50,701 bases of DNA, taken from assembly GCF_006345805.1 (NCBI RefSeq), contig NW_021832351.1, positions 1 to 50,701 on the forward strand. The letters run 5' to 3'. Each line of letters begins with the position of its first letter. Position 1 is the stretch's first letter. The translations under genes were made by a program, and so were the position numbers. Positions 1 through 11,684 of the stretch are shown in pieces. The stretch comes from Octopus sinensis. Its lineage: Eukaryota. Under the pieces are notes generated by a model. That model ran no database searches, had not been told where the DNA came from, and worked only from the letters and a program-made list of their open reading frames with translations.

Positions 1-60
1 CTATAAATGATAGATTGTAAATACATGGTTAAAAAAACTCAACCTATATATCTGTATGTA

Positions 61-230
61 TTTACACATTCATAAAACATACATTCATACATACATACAT
101 ACATACATACATGCATGCATACATACATACATACATACATACATACATACATACATACATACATACATACATACATACATACATACATACATACATACGT
201 ACGTACATACATACATACATATACTTATGT
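61..230. repeat. (CATA)n microsatellite, representative of dozens of (TA)n/(CA)n/(CATA)n/(GA)n/(AAT)n tracts in the window
   Basis: Direct reading of tandem CATA units. Confidence 0.98.
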
Positions 231-738
231 TTGTGTGTGTATATTTGCACATATATGTCTCTATGTAAATTTGTGCGGGCGTGCGTACGTACGTACATGT
301 ACGTATATATGAATCGCTATGCGTACACACAGCGCAGCTATTCTCCTTCAGATAGAGGTGCGTCCAATGAATGGCTTTGAGATTGCGGCAACGAGTGGCG
401 GTTAACACTTATTAAGTATTTGTTTTTTCCCCTCTAAAATTATGTCCATGTATAGTAAGTATTTACATCAATTACTTATGTTGGTGTTCGACTCGTTGAC
501 AAAACGGGGATGGTGGTATATAGCCGTAGGTGTAACCATAGTTTTGTGTTTGTTGTCTTTGTTGTTGTTGCTGTTGTTGTTATCGTTCTGTTTGTTATTG
601 TTGTTGCCGTCATTATCAATGGAGTTCTCCAATTATGTCAATCTAGAGGATTGTCATTCTGGTGGAAAGGCTTGCTTACATGATGATGTCCAATGAAGCG
701 TATACGTGCATTCATACATACATATACATACATACAGT

Positions 739-1058
739 GAGGGCGCGTGGCTTAGTGGTTAGGGCATTCGGCTCATGATCGTAAGGTTGTGAGTTCGATT
801 CCCGGCGACGCGTTGTGTCCTTGAGCAAGACACTTTATTTCACGTTGCTCCAGTCCACTCAGCTGGCAAAAATGAGTTGTACTTGTATTTCAAAGGGTCA
901 GCCTTGTCACTCTCTGTGTCACGCTGATTATCCCCGAGAACTACGTTAAGGGTACACGTGTCTGTGGAATGCTCAGCCATTTGCACGTTAATTTCACGAG
1001 CAAGCTGTTCCGTTGATCGGATCAGCTGGGACCCTCGTCGTCGTAACCGGCGGAGTCT
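739..1058 (+). mobile_element. tRNA-derived SINE, family D head + tail type A
   Basis: A-box-like TGGCTTAGTGG and B-box-like GAGTTCGATTCC. CORE-like GTGTCCTTGAGCAAGACACTT. The 3' tail is the same as in the family B copies at 14897 and 22678. Confidence 0.85.
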
Positions 1059-1156
1059 TTAAATACATACATACATACATAACTACATACATACATACAT
1101 GCATACATACATACATACATACATACATACATACATACATACATACATACATACAT

Positions 1157-1210
<54 letters not shown>

Positions 1211-1369
1211 TATCCAAAGAAATTCCAACTGTCTTTTATGATTTATTTATATTCTTTATAATATTAATGTAGAATATATAATATATAGTATAAATAATAT
1301 ATATAGTAAAATGAAATGAAGTATTGATTGTCTTATTGAATAGATGAAATGTTGAATATAAAATATTAA

Positions 1370-1413
1370 GGGACTAGAATACTTTCTTGCATTACAGCAG
1401 TCTTCAAGGTCCC
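1370..1413 (-). ncRNA. Candidate minimal hammerhead ribozyme variant in a PLE-like terminal repeat fragment
   Basis: Minus strand reads GGGAC-CUUGAAGA-CUGC..GCAA-GAA-AGUAUUCU-A-GUCCC: 5-bp stem I, core with one extra U. Confidence 0.45.
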
Positions 1414-1802
1414 AGGTTGTGACAAGAGAGTTTCAACTCCTGTCATATATATATATATTTGTATATGGTGTGTAACGTGAATTTATGGAAAGGAATGCCC
1501 ATGAAACTCACCAAATTTGTTAAAAATGGAGAAGAGATGTTAAGATTTAAGAGGATTTTATTTCAATTCATGCACACGATCGTTTTGAACAGCGATATTA
1601 AAATCATTCAAATTCATGGTTGAAAATAAATAAATATGAAGAATCTATATTAGAAATCTTTTTGGGAATCCTCCAAATTAAAGGATGAAATATAATTCAA
1701 CCGTTTTACATATATATATACATATGTGTATGTGTGTGTATAAATATGTGTGTATAAATATAAATATGTGTGCGCGCGTATATATATGGTCTATAATATA
1801 TC

Positions 1803-1870
<68 letters not shown>

Positions 1871-2228
1871 AGAAAGTTTGTTTGTAAAAGCACGTGGGTG
1901 AATATATAAGAAATAGTAAATGTGAAAAAACGACAGAAGGCTTAAATGTTAAAAAATATATATATTTGTGTCAAAATGTCTGGAGAATATTGGAAAAATT
2001 TTTTTTCCCTTTCCTTAAAATGACATAATTTAAAAAATTTTTAAAGAAATTACGATGCACCGTTTCATCTACTGTTTAATGGTAAACTAACCTGATTAAA
2101 TTAAATCAAGCCAATCTTCCATAGGCCCTTAGATTCGTCAGTAAGAAATAGCCAGATCGGAACAGATATTTTCACGAGGCATTTCTGTCCCTGCCTCGGC
2201 AATATATATATATATATATATATATATC

Positions 2229-2800
2229 AAATAGAACTCAAAAAAATCAACAGAAATCTATTAACGTTTTTGAACAAATTCTACTCGACACATGAACCCA
2301 TGGTTGGGGACAATGAGGAAATCGATTCGAAAAATACAACCTCCGAATTCGTTGAAAACCTTGGAAACTTATGCGAAACAATTAGGACATTTTTCTCTAA
2401 CAACTCGAACCAAGGATCTCCAAATAAGGCAGCATATGGGATCAATGCTCTAACAACATACCAAATGAAACACCACATAGTATCACGATGAAACAAATCA
2501 CTCAGAGATAGAAAGTTCGCCTTTTGGAAGATGATCTAAAATAACAACAAAGCGGATATATACGAAAAATGATTCAATCGGATACCGTTAATTCTCCCAC
2601 GTGAACTCCAGATCAAAGCCAATACAGAGGAACCTGAAAGATAAAGACGCCTCAAGGAAACAACGGCACTGGAAATAATGAGAAAGGAAATAGAACTTCT
2701 AAAACTGAGGGCCTAGACGAATGAAGATAAAGTAAAATCCATCGATGAAGAGATCAACCAAGAAATTAGCAAAATGACCCAATGTGTACGACCAAGAGAA
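2229..2800 (+). pseudogene. Degenerate N-terminal ORF region of a Penelope-like retroelement
   Basis: ORF 2270-2491 continues in frame through stops as SR*NKSLRDRKFAFWKMI*NNNKADIYEK*FNRIPLILPRELQIK...EIELLKLRA*...KSIDEEI. This resembles PLE N-terminal regions by recall; not searched. Confidence 0.55.
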
Positions 2801-3550
2801 GATCTTTAAACTATGGAAAGAGCATTATGATAAAGAACTGAAATCCCTCCAACGCTGGGAGAAAAGGGCCACTTTGGTCTCAAACTTTGAAACCATCTTT
2901 CAAACAGAGCACGCTTCCTGAAAAGAAGAAAATCAAAACAACGTCAGTAAAAAAATGCGAAGACCCAACTGTGGGATATGCGTCAATTTAATTGAGGGAT
3001 CAGAGTTCTCCTTCAAACAGGGACAACGTTTCACAGTGAAAAGCAACTTCACATTACTTCGGAGAAGCTGATACACGCACTAACCTGCTCTGGGTGTCAA
3101 GAGCAATACGCAGGCCAAACAAAAATCAGTCTACGTCAAAGGATGGCTCTGCACAGATCCCATTTCGAAATTCCGAAAAACAGAAAAATAGCATTCAACC
3201 AACACATCGACATTTCCCCCTCTATCAATTCAGGGACGATTCAACCTGTAGCCCACGAATTAGTAAATAGTCGTTCTTTATCGCAAAATACAGACCCCTT
3301 TTGAATGCATCTACAACAAATAACATGCCCAGCACGACCTTAGAATAACACAAACGCAAATATTAAAAACGATACATTTAAAAGAGACCAAGAATTCATT
3401 CAAAACAGTCCCAACCACTACCATCAACCACAGCAATCCACTTTTCTAGGTCACTTGACCATTTAACATCCTCCTACTATCATACCACTCCCGCATTCTT
3501 TTATTTTTCTTCTTCTTCTTTTTATATATATATATATATGTGTGTGTGTG

Positions 3551-3600
<50 letters not shown>

Positions 3601-3692
3601 GTATGTGTCATTTTGTTTGTATAAAATACTCAAATTGAATTGAGTTTATAATTGTTCAATTTATTGTTTTATTTTCCATTTCTTATTCATAT

Positions 3693-3784
<92 letters not shown>

Positions 3785-4496
3785 GTGGATGATAATACTT
3801 TGAAAACAAGGGTTTAATATTAAATTTTATATCTATCTATGTGTGTGCACTTGTGTGTGTGTGAGAATTTGATAGAGTAAATGTAATTTACGCCCAAAAT
3901 TTAGTCAGATTTTGATTAAAATACCGAGTATTTCAGAGCAAAATATCTCATTAAGTTTCACCTGCATTTATTATCGCTTGCTGTTGCTCAGTTCTACTTT
4001 GTTGGTTTAGTTTTCAACGTCCAGTATGTCTGACTCATTGCATTTTATTATATGTAAGATAAGATCAGAAAACGGAATGAACCTTCAAAATACAAAAGAC
4101 AGGCAAAACAACTGAGCAGAGAATTGTTATAGCGAGAAAGAAGAAACACTTTTCGATAATTTAGAAATTCATTTCACAAAGAATTATAAACTGAAACAAA
4201 TTCAACAGCTTCGACCACTAAAGTGTTATTCACGAAAAAAAAAAAAAAAACGCGAGTACATACATACATACATACATACATACATACATACATACATACA
4301 ATGTGTACGTAATCATGCATGCATAAATACTCAGTTGACGTTGAAATTCCAATGAAGGAGCCTTGGATCTGGGTTAGAAACCGACTCTTTCTCTATTGGC
4401 AGGAAATCTTGAAATGAAATTGAATAACGATATACATACATACATATATACACTCATATGCATATACATTTACACACACACGTACACACACGCACG

Positions 4497-4599
<103 letters not shown>

Positions 4600-5507
4600 T
4601 ATGTATACTCATAAATCGTGGACTCTGTCAGATGACAGATAAGAGTCGAGCAACGTCTTGCTGAACGATCTGCGCAAATTGTTTACGGCGGTCAAATGTT
4701 TGCGCAGCGCATTAGCTCACACTTTTTCCATAAAATCGATTTCTGCTGGTGAACGTTGTGCAACACTGTCATATGTCGAAGTAAACACAGAGCAACTTGG
4801 AACATGAAGCATCGCCCAGTCCTGGAATTGAAATCAGAATCTTGCCCTAACCCCCAGGCTCCGCGTCTTTGTATCCATCCATTAATACTGATACACAAGT
4901 ATATGAGTTCAGAAATGACACGCAACAATACAAAGAGACAGAAGAAAATAGGCCAGAAGCGAATTAGTTTAATCGTTTCAGGTGTGCTTATATTATTTAT
5001 ATTAAGAAAGTACCAGGTAGAGTTGGAATTGATAGTTAAGTAGCAGGTGAGTTTTTTAACGTCGTCTTTAGTATGATGTATGGAGGTAGAGACCTATTGT
5101 ATTCCTGGGGATAATTAGAGTGAAATATTTCAATTAATGAGGTTAGTGTTCTTTTCTGGTAAATTTTAACTGTTGATAGTTTATAATTCTATATAAAAGC
5201 GAGACAGGAAGTCGATAAAAGCTGCTCTCAGCCTGACACTATATCGCCCCATTTGTCGTTTAATTCTGCTCTCTGATTGTTAGTCTTAATGAGAGGCAAA
5301 GATTTACGAGAATACATACGTTTTGTTTGTTTTTGAGAAATTTCAGAGACGGAATTTAAACGTCTGTGTCTATCTTTTTGTAAGATTATTGTATTGCGAA
5401 TAAAAAAACAATAGGAAAACTAAAACCTGTCTTTTCATTCTTCGTCTTTCCTTCTGGCGAGACTGGCTTGACATGGTAATACATACACACACACACACAC
5501 ACACAGA

Positions 5508-5540
<33 letters not shown>

Positions 5541-5568
5541 CACACACACACACTACATACATACTACA

Positions 5569-5631
<63 letters not shown>

Positions 5632-5632
<1 letters not shown>

Positions 5633-5853
5633 CTAGCACTATGACCTGGCGTTGCCGGGTCATAGTGCTAGTGCATGCATATACAGCTGCGTGCGTGCGC
5701 ACATACACGCGAGTACTGTCCAAATCTCCGACCAATCACATACAGCTAGCTGGCATTCAATTGGCGTATCAAATTTCGGGCATTTTGATTGGGTTTTGGA
5801 TAGAAAATTCACAAAAAAGGCGGCCGTAGGTTGCCCATGACTGGTTTAGGTGA
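5632..5853 (-). mobile_element. Non-autonomous Helitron, 3' end (hairpin + CTAG|T); interrupted by the SINE array
   Basis: Minus strand CCCGGCAACGCCAGG...GCTAG-T matches the 3' end of the Helitron at 19236-19632. Confidence 0.6.
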
Positions 5854-5874
5854 AGGTAAATACGATTCGCTTTG

Positions 5875-7375
5875 TTTAAGGCGGCGAGCTGGCAGAAACG
5901 TTAGCACGCAGGGCGAAATGCGTAGCCGTATTTCGTCTGCCGTTACGTTCTGAGTTCAAATTCCACCGAGTTCGACTTTGCCTTTCATTCTTTCGAGGTC
6001 GATTAAGTAAGTATCAGTTACTGAGGTCGATGTAATCCACTTAATCCCTTTGTCTGTCCTTGTTTGTTCTCCTCTGTGTTTAGCCCCTTGTGGATAGTAA
6101 AGAAATAGGTATTTCGTCTGCCGTTACGTTCTGAGTTCAAATCCGCCGCCGAGGTCGACTTTACCTTTCATCTTTCGAGGTCGATTAAATAAGTATCAGT
6201 TACTGAGGTCGATGTAATCGACTTAATCCCTTTGTCTGTCCTTGTTGTTCTCCTCTGTGTTTAGCCCCTTGTGGATAGTAAAGAAATAGGTATTTCGTCT
6301 GCCGTTACGTTCTGAGTTCAAATTCCGCCGAGGTCGACTTTACCTTTCATCCTTTCGAGGTCGATTAAATAAGTATCAGTTACTGAGGTCGATGTAATCG
6401 ACTTAATCCCTTTGTCTGTCCTTGTTTGTTCTCCTCTGTGTTTAGCCCCTTGTGGATAGTAAAGAAATAGGTATTTCGTCTGCCGTTACGTTCTGAGTTC
6501 AAATTCCGCCGAGGTCGACTTTACCTTTCATCCTTTCGAGGTCGATTAAATAAGTATCAGTTACTGAGGTTGATGTAATCGACTTAATCCCTTTGTCTGT
6601 CCTTGTTTGTTCTCCTCTGTGTTTAGCCCCTGTGGATAGTAAGAAATAGGTATTTCGTCTGCCGTTACGTTCTGAGTTCAAATTCCGCCGAGGTCGACTT
6701 TACCTTTCATCCTTTCGAGGTCGATTAAATAAGTATCAGTTACTGAGGTCGATGTAATCGACTTAATCCCTTTGTCTGTCCTTGTTTGTTCTCCTCTGTG
6801 TTTAGCCCCTTGTGGATAGTAAAGAAATAGGTATTTCGTCTGCCGTTACGTTCTGAGTTCAAATTCCGCCGAGGTCGACTTTACCTTTCATCCTTTCGAG
6901 GTCGATTAAATAAGTATCAGTTACTGAGGTCGATGTAATCGACTTAATCCCTTTGTCTGTCCTTGTTTGTTCTCCTCTGTGTTTAGCCCCTTGTGGATAG
7001 TAAAGAAATAGGTATTTCGTCTGCCGTTACGTTCTGAGTTCAAATTCCGCCGAGGTCGACTTTACCTTTCATCCTTTCGAGGTCGATTAAATAAGTATCA
7101 GTTACTGAGGTCGATGTAATCGACTTAATCCCTTTGTCTGTCCTTGTTTGTTCTCCTCTGTGTTTAGCCCCTTGTGGATAGTAAAGAAATAGGTATTTCG
7201 TCTGCCGTTACGTTCTGAGTTCAAATTCCGCCGAGGTCGACTTTGCCTTTCATCCTTTCGGGGTCGATTAAATAAGTACCAGTCTACGCACTGGGGTCGA
7301 TATAATCGACTTAACCCGTTTGTCTGTCCTTGTTTGTCCCCTCTTTGTTTAGCCCCTTGTGGGTAGTAAAGAAAT
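5875..7375 (+). mobile_element. Family A SINE: one head plus 8 head-to-tail ~181-bp body units, flanked by a 21-bp TSD
   Basis: Units start at 5928, 6109, 6290, 6471, 6650, 6831, 7012 and 7193. AGGTAAATACGATTCGCTTTG occurs at 5854-5874 and 7376-7396. Confidence 0.95.
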
Positions 7376-7728
7376 AGGTAAATACGATTCGCTTTGCTTT
7401 GCAGTTTTTTTTTTCTGTGAGACTTTTGGTGGCTGACTTTCAGGAAATATCAGATGAACGAATTTACTTGGGGGTTAAGTGTGGGATAATTATTTCCGAT
7501 TGTTATCGCTGTGTGAAGTATTTACTGTTCGTCTGTGTTGCTGTTGTTGATGTTGACGTGGCTAATTTCTCTATATTATTAAACAATTTGTTTTGTAGTT
7601 TTTGTTGTTACCCTTTTACTGTGTTTGTTATTCTTCATTTTATGTTGTTTTTGTTTGTTTGTTTTTTTTCGTTTACTTATTTGATGCTTTTTCTTTTCAC
7701 TCTTATGCGTTGTTTTATTTTCTATAGT

Positions 7729-8108
7729 CTGCTTGTTTCAACTCATTTGACTGCGGCCAAGCTGGGGCACCGGCATGAAGAATTTTTTCGTCGAACGAAT
7801 CCAGCCAGTATTTTTTTTAAAGCGTGGTATTTATCCTATCGGTCTCTTTTGCCGAACTACTAAGTTACGGAGATGTAAGCAAAGCAGTGGTAGTAGGACA
7901 AATACAGTCGCATGCACACACATCATACCACACACACACCACACACCGCGCGCGCGCGCACACACACACACATCTGACAGGTTTCTTTCAATTTTCCTCT
8001 ACCAAATCCACACACAAGGAACACTTACTCAGGGTGCCACGCAGTGGGACTGAACCCGGAACCCTATGGTTGGGAAGCAAACTGTTTTACCACACAGCCA
8101 GCCTACGC
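7729..8108 (-). mobile_element. Family C SINE (CORE-like, internal CA microsatellite), degenerate
   Basis: Reverse-complement match to the full copy at 46304-46720. Confidence 0.85.
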
Positions 8109-8889
8109 ATATGTTTGTCAAATGTTTGAGTTATCTAACCCTGCCTGGTTTCCCTTCCCATGAAGTTTGCAAATTTTTTTTTTGGATGGATAATTGGTAC
8201 AGTATGTTTCTATGTCGCCTAGTGGCATATGCATATGTCTAGTGGTGGTGGTGGTGGTGGTGGTTGTGGTGGGGTGTCGGGGGGATTCATCTGTGTATAC
8301 AGTACCTATGTTGTTTGTTAAGTGTGTGACTGGTGATTGATTGCTGTTGATGTATATTACTGCCGTTCGTTATATCCGTGGAGAAAACTGTTGGTGTGTT
8401 TCTTTTTAATAATGACGTTATTACTGCAATGTTTGAACTTTTGAAAATTGGTTGACGTGTTTTTTTTTTCTTTCTGCAATCGGGGGTGGGGATACTTTTT
8501 TTTGGTTTGTTGTTAATTGATGTTATCAGAGCGATGATATATTCATTGTGTCGTGTATAATAATGGGTAATTAATTAATTGCGAAGTTTTGCATGTGTGA
8601 GGAGGATTCTATGAAGAGAAAATAGAAAATGTCTTCAGCAGAAATTATAAAACTGGAGCACGCTTGTCAAAGCTATCTAACAAACAGTCACAAATTACAC
8701 ACACACACACACACACATGTACAGGCAACACAGACGCACACACACACAAGCATTATATACATATATGTGTTTACGACGTGTTCTTGTGTCTCCTGTCCAG
8801 GTTTGATTTACGCGTTCTCTACCACAACCTCGTTTATGCTTAGCAGCCCTTCCTGTTTGTTTTCACTGTCTTGTTTGTGTTACCAATTC

Positions 8890-9070
8890 TGACCCTCCGC
8901 AAAATCCCAAATTTTATTTAATTTGCTTTGCGGGAGTAACTGTTTTATCGAAAGCGTGTATTGTTGTTAAATGCTCGAAACACGAGACTAGAGAAACAGC
9001 CAGCAACTGATGACGGGTCGTTCTATATGTTATTTGTTTTGTTTTCCATTTGTGTCTTTCGTTGTTCGAA
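8890..9070 (+). mobile_element. PLE-like terminal repeat fragment with permuted GAAAC...CUGAUGA motif
   Basis: Hairpin CTCCGCAAA...TTTGCGGGAG, then GCTCGAAAC...CTGATGACGGGT. Same architecture as 10030-10160. Confidence 0.4.
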
Positions 9071-9146
9071 AAAATAGCTTAAATTCTATGTACACATACT
9101 TCGTATTTTTTGTTGTACACGTTTCATGACGTCCTGTGCCCACATA

Positions 9147-9183
<37 letters not shown>

Positions 9184-9185
9184 CC

Positions 9186-9464
9186 GTGACCGTGACCGAC
9201 AAGGCTATCAGATGTTGCTACACATCGCTGGTCACAATGCGTTCGCATTGTTTTAGCCTTCAAATGACGCCACCCCGCTGGCGAGCAGGCCAACAGAAGA
9301 AAGAGTGAGAGAAAGTTGTGGTGAAAGAGTACAGCAAGGATCACCACCTTGGAGCTTTTAGGTGTTTTCGCTCAATAAACACTCACAACGCCCGGTCTAG
9401 GAATCGAAACCGCGATCCTACGACCGTGAGTCCGCTGCCCTAGTCACTAGGCCATTGCGCCTCC
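9186..9464 (-). mobile_element. Family B SINE with tail type C
   Basis: Head (rc) GGAGGCGCAATGGCCTAGTG and body shared with 16617 and 22678; different 3' tail. Confidence 0.85.
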
Positions 9465-9495
<31 letters not shown>

Positions 9496-9499
9496 TAAC

Positions 9500-10280
9500 A
9501 TATTTATACGACTAAACGCACGCACCCTGTTAAGTAAGATTGTTCTGTTTATCAAGTTAGCCTGATATAAACTCTCACGCGACTCTGCATCTTTCTTTCT
9601 TTCTCTCCATTCCCTTTTTCGTCTTTTTCCCTCACTTAACTTGTCTCTTCCTCTCTCTCTCATTCTTCATTCTCTCTCTCCCTTTCACCATTCTTCATGG
9701 TCTCCTCGCACCATTCCCCTTCTTCTCTCTCTTCCTCTTGCTCCTCCTCCCCCATTCCCGTCGTCCATCTGCGACGATACTTCCGTCGTAACGCTATCCT
9801 GTCTTTTCTCGCCCGCCTTCTAAGGCTACTGGTCGACATTTTTTCTCTCTCGTCGTCCACTATAATCCAGCGTTTGCAATACTTTTTTCGTCTGGCGTTA
9901 ACAGCCCTTCTTATCTTGTTCTCCTTGTCCTGTCTCTCACTGTTATATATTTATTTTTCCACTGTTTATATATATATTTTTTACTGTTTATATGTTTGTA
10001 CTGTCGTTACCGTCTTGCTTTTTTTACCCCTCTGCGAAAAGATCTCAGAATTTTAATTGATTTGCTTTTCGCAGGAAGGAAGTTTTCTTCGAAGTATACG
10101 TCTCGCTTTTATCCTTCGAAACGTTTAGTAGATGAAACCTTAGCGACTGAAGAAGGGGATTTTTCGTTGTGCTTATTGTCCTGTATCTCTTTTTTTGCTT
10201 GTCTTGTTCCTTGGTTTGTATCTATGTTTTTCGTCTCTCTATGTGTTCGACGTCTTTTTTTGGTGTCCTGTACACATATA
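9500..10280 (+). mobile_element. PLE-like terminal region embedded between (TA)n tracts
   Basis: Pyrimidine-rich 3'-like sequence, hairpin CTGCGAAAAG...CTTTTCGCAG, motif CCTTCGAAACGTT...CTGAAGAAGGGG, flanked by (TA)n. Confidence 0.4.
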
Positions 10281-10355
10281 TGCGTGTATATGTACATGTA
10301 GAGGTAGGTACGTACATATATGTTTATATATATGCATATGTTCTATTTTATTAAC

Positions 10356-10449
<94 letters not shown>

Positions 10450-10529
10450 AGGCGCAATATATATTATTTACGTTATATATATATGTGTGTTTGTGTGTGT
10501 GTATGTATATGTATGTATATAAATATATA

Positions 10530-11435
10530 GATGTAGTGGGTCTTGCAAGCATGAAGTGGATTCGATCCACCATAACCAAATTTAAATTAACAGTTCAGCA
10601 GAACTTTTCCCACGGTGGAACAATGGTTTTTTTGTGACAGCAGTTTTACATTTGTCAGATTGCCCTTAGGCCGAAATCATGACTTCGCCATTTGACCCTT
10701 ATAACCTCTTCTATTTCAGCAAAAGCTAGAATAGAGATCGCAAAACCACCAACTAAATCTATTGTTCTCAATGATATGACTATCCTTCTGGATAGTTATA
10801 AAATCATAAACCCCAAGCAAATAGTTAGTTCAGTCACATGGTGACGACTCAACCAGTTCAGTCACCTCGGTGACAACTCAGTGAGAACGAAATCTGGCTG
10901 ACCCGTTAGAACCTTGGTCAGACGGAGAAATGAAGTTTACTGTCAGCAACTGTGAGGCAACACCCTACAACTCTCACTAGCTCTAATTCTGTTCTCTTAC
11001 ATCATTTTCTCTCCGCATATACTACTAAACAATGCAGAGAACACTAGCACAAACTTTACTTCGCATGCTTTTGCTTTTGGATTTATTATTACCTGCTCGT
11101 CGAGGCAAGGTATTGTAACGTAACGATAAATAAATACTTCCTTAGAACTTCATGCATTGTTCATCTTTCACATCCTACAACTTGTCGTTTTAAAAACAAA
11201 TTTTTATCGTTACAACTGTTGACTCTAACATTTCATATTCTTGTGTACCTAATCAATCTCACCCGTTACAATTGGTAACTACACTAATTAAAACCTAACT
11301 CTTACAAGTGGTGACCCTCGACTTCAACTTAAAACTCTACCGTTACAAACTGGCGATCCGGACGTTGCACTATAACAAGGTTCGCTACAAAAACAAATCT
11401 TTCATCGCTTACAACTGGTAACCTCAACCGTTACA
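10530..11435 (+). mobile_element. Gypsy/Ty3 LTR retrotransposon 3' fragment (possibly CsRn1-like): decayed pol tail, PPT remnant, 3' LTR
   Basis: Decayed frame ...LRHL...RTKSG*PVR resembles the RRHL/TRSGR pol C-terminal tail. Purine tract GAGGCAAGG precedes the LTR. tRNA-Trp PBS-like motifs are typical of the CsRn1 clade. Confidence 0.6.
11114..11435 (+). repeat. LTR (322 bp) with TGTAACG...CGTTACA termini and internal PBS-like array
   Basis: 7-bp terminal inverted repeat TG...CA; AATAAA-like signal at ~11127; five TTACA-n(2-3)-TG(G/T) motifs inside. Confidence 0.7.
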
Positions 11436-11463
11436 TACATAATATATATATATATGTGTGTGT

Positions 11464-11500
<37 letters not shown>

Positions 11501-11645
11501 GCGTGCGTGTGTGTATATGTATATATATATATATATATAATATATATATAGATATGTATATATATGTATATATATATAGTATATATATATATGTATATAT
11601 ATAAGTATATATATATATATATGTATATATATATGTATACATGCA

Positions 11646-11677
<32 letters not shown>

Positions 11678-11684
11678 CACACAC

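Noticed and set aside
2095-2145. Minus-strand CUGACGA + AAUCU/AGAUU stem as a hammerhead
   Set aside because: GAAA is missing after stem II and it is antisense to the adjacent PLE ORF relic.
4345-4400. CCAAUGAAGG...AGAAACCGAC as a hammerhead
   Set aside because: Invariant G5 is absent and stems are ambiguous; probably a repeat terminus, left unclassified.
5928-6108. Self-cleaving ribozyme inside the family A SINE unit
   Set aside because: No hammerhead core on either strand and no HDV/twister fold recognisable by eye; not excluded without an Infernal search.
5928-7375. CRISPR-like array
   Set aside because: Units are contiguous ~181-bp SINE bodies with no unique spacers; eukaryotic context, no cas genes.
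7399-7863. 154-aa hydrophobic ORF as a membrane protein
   Set aside because: T-rich low-complexity sequence plus a SINE tail.
11200-11435. CRISPR-like repeat-spacer reading of the TTACA-TGG array
   Set aside because: Repeats are ~10-20 bp, degenerate and irregularly spaced; better explained as LTR-end/PBS relics.
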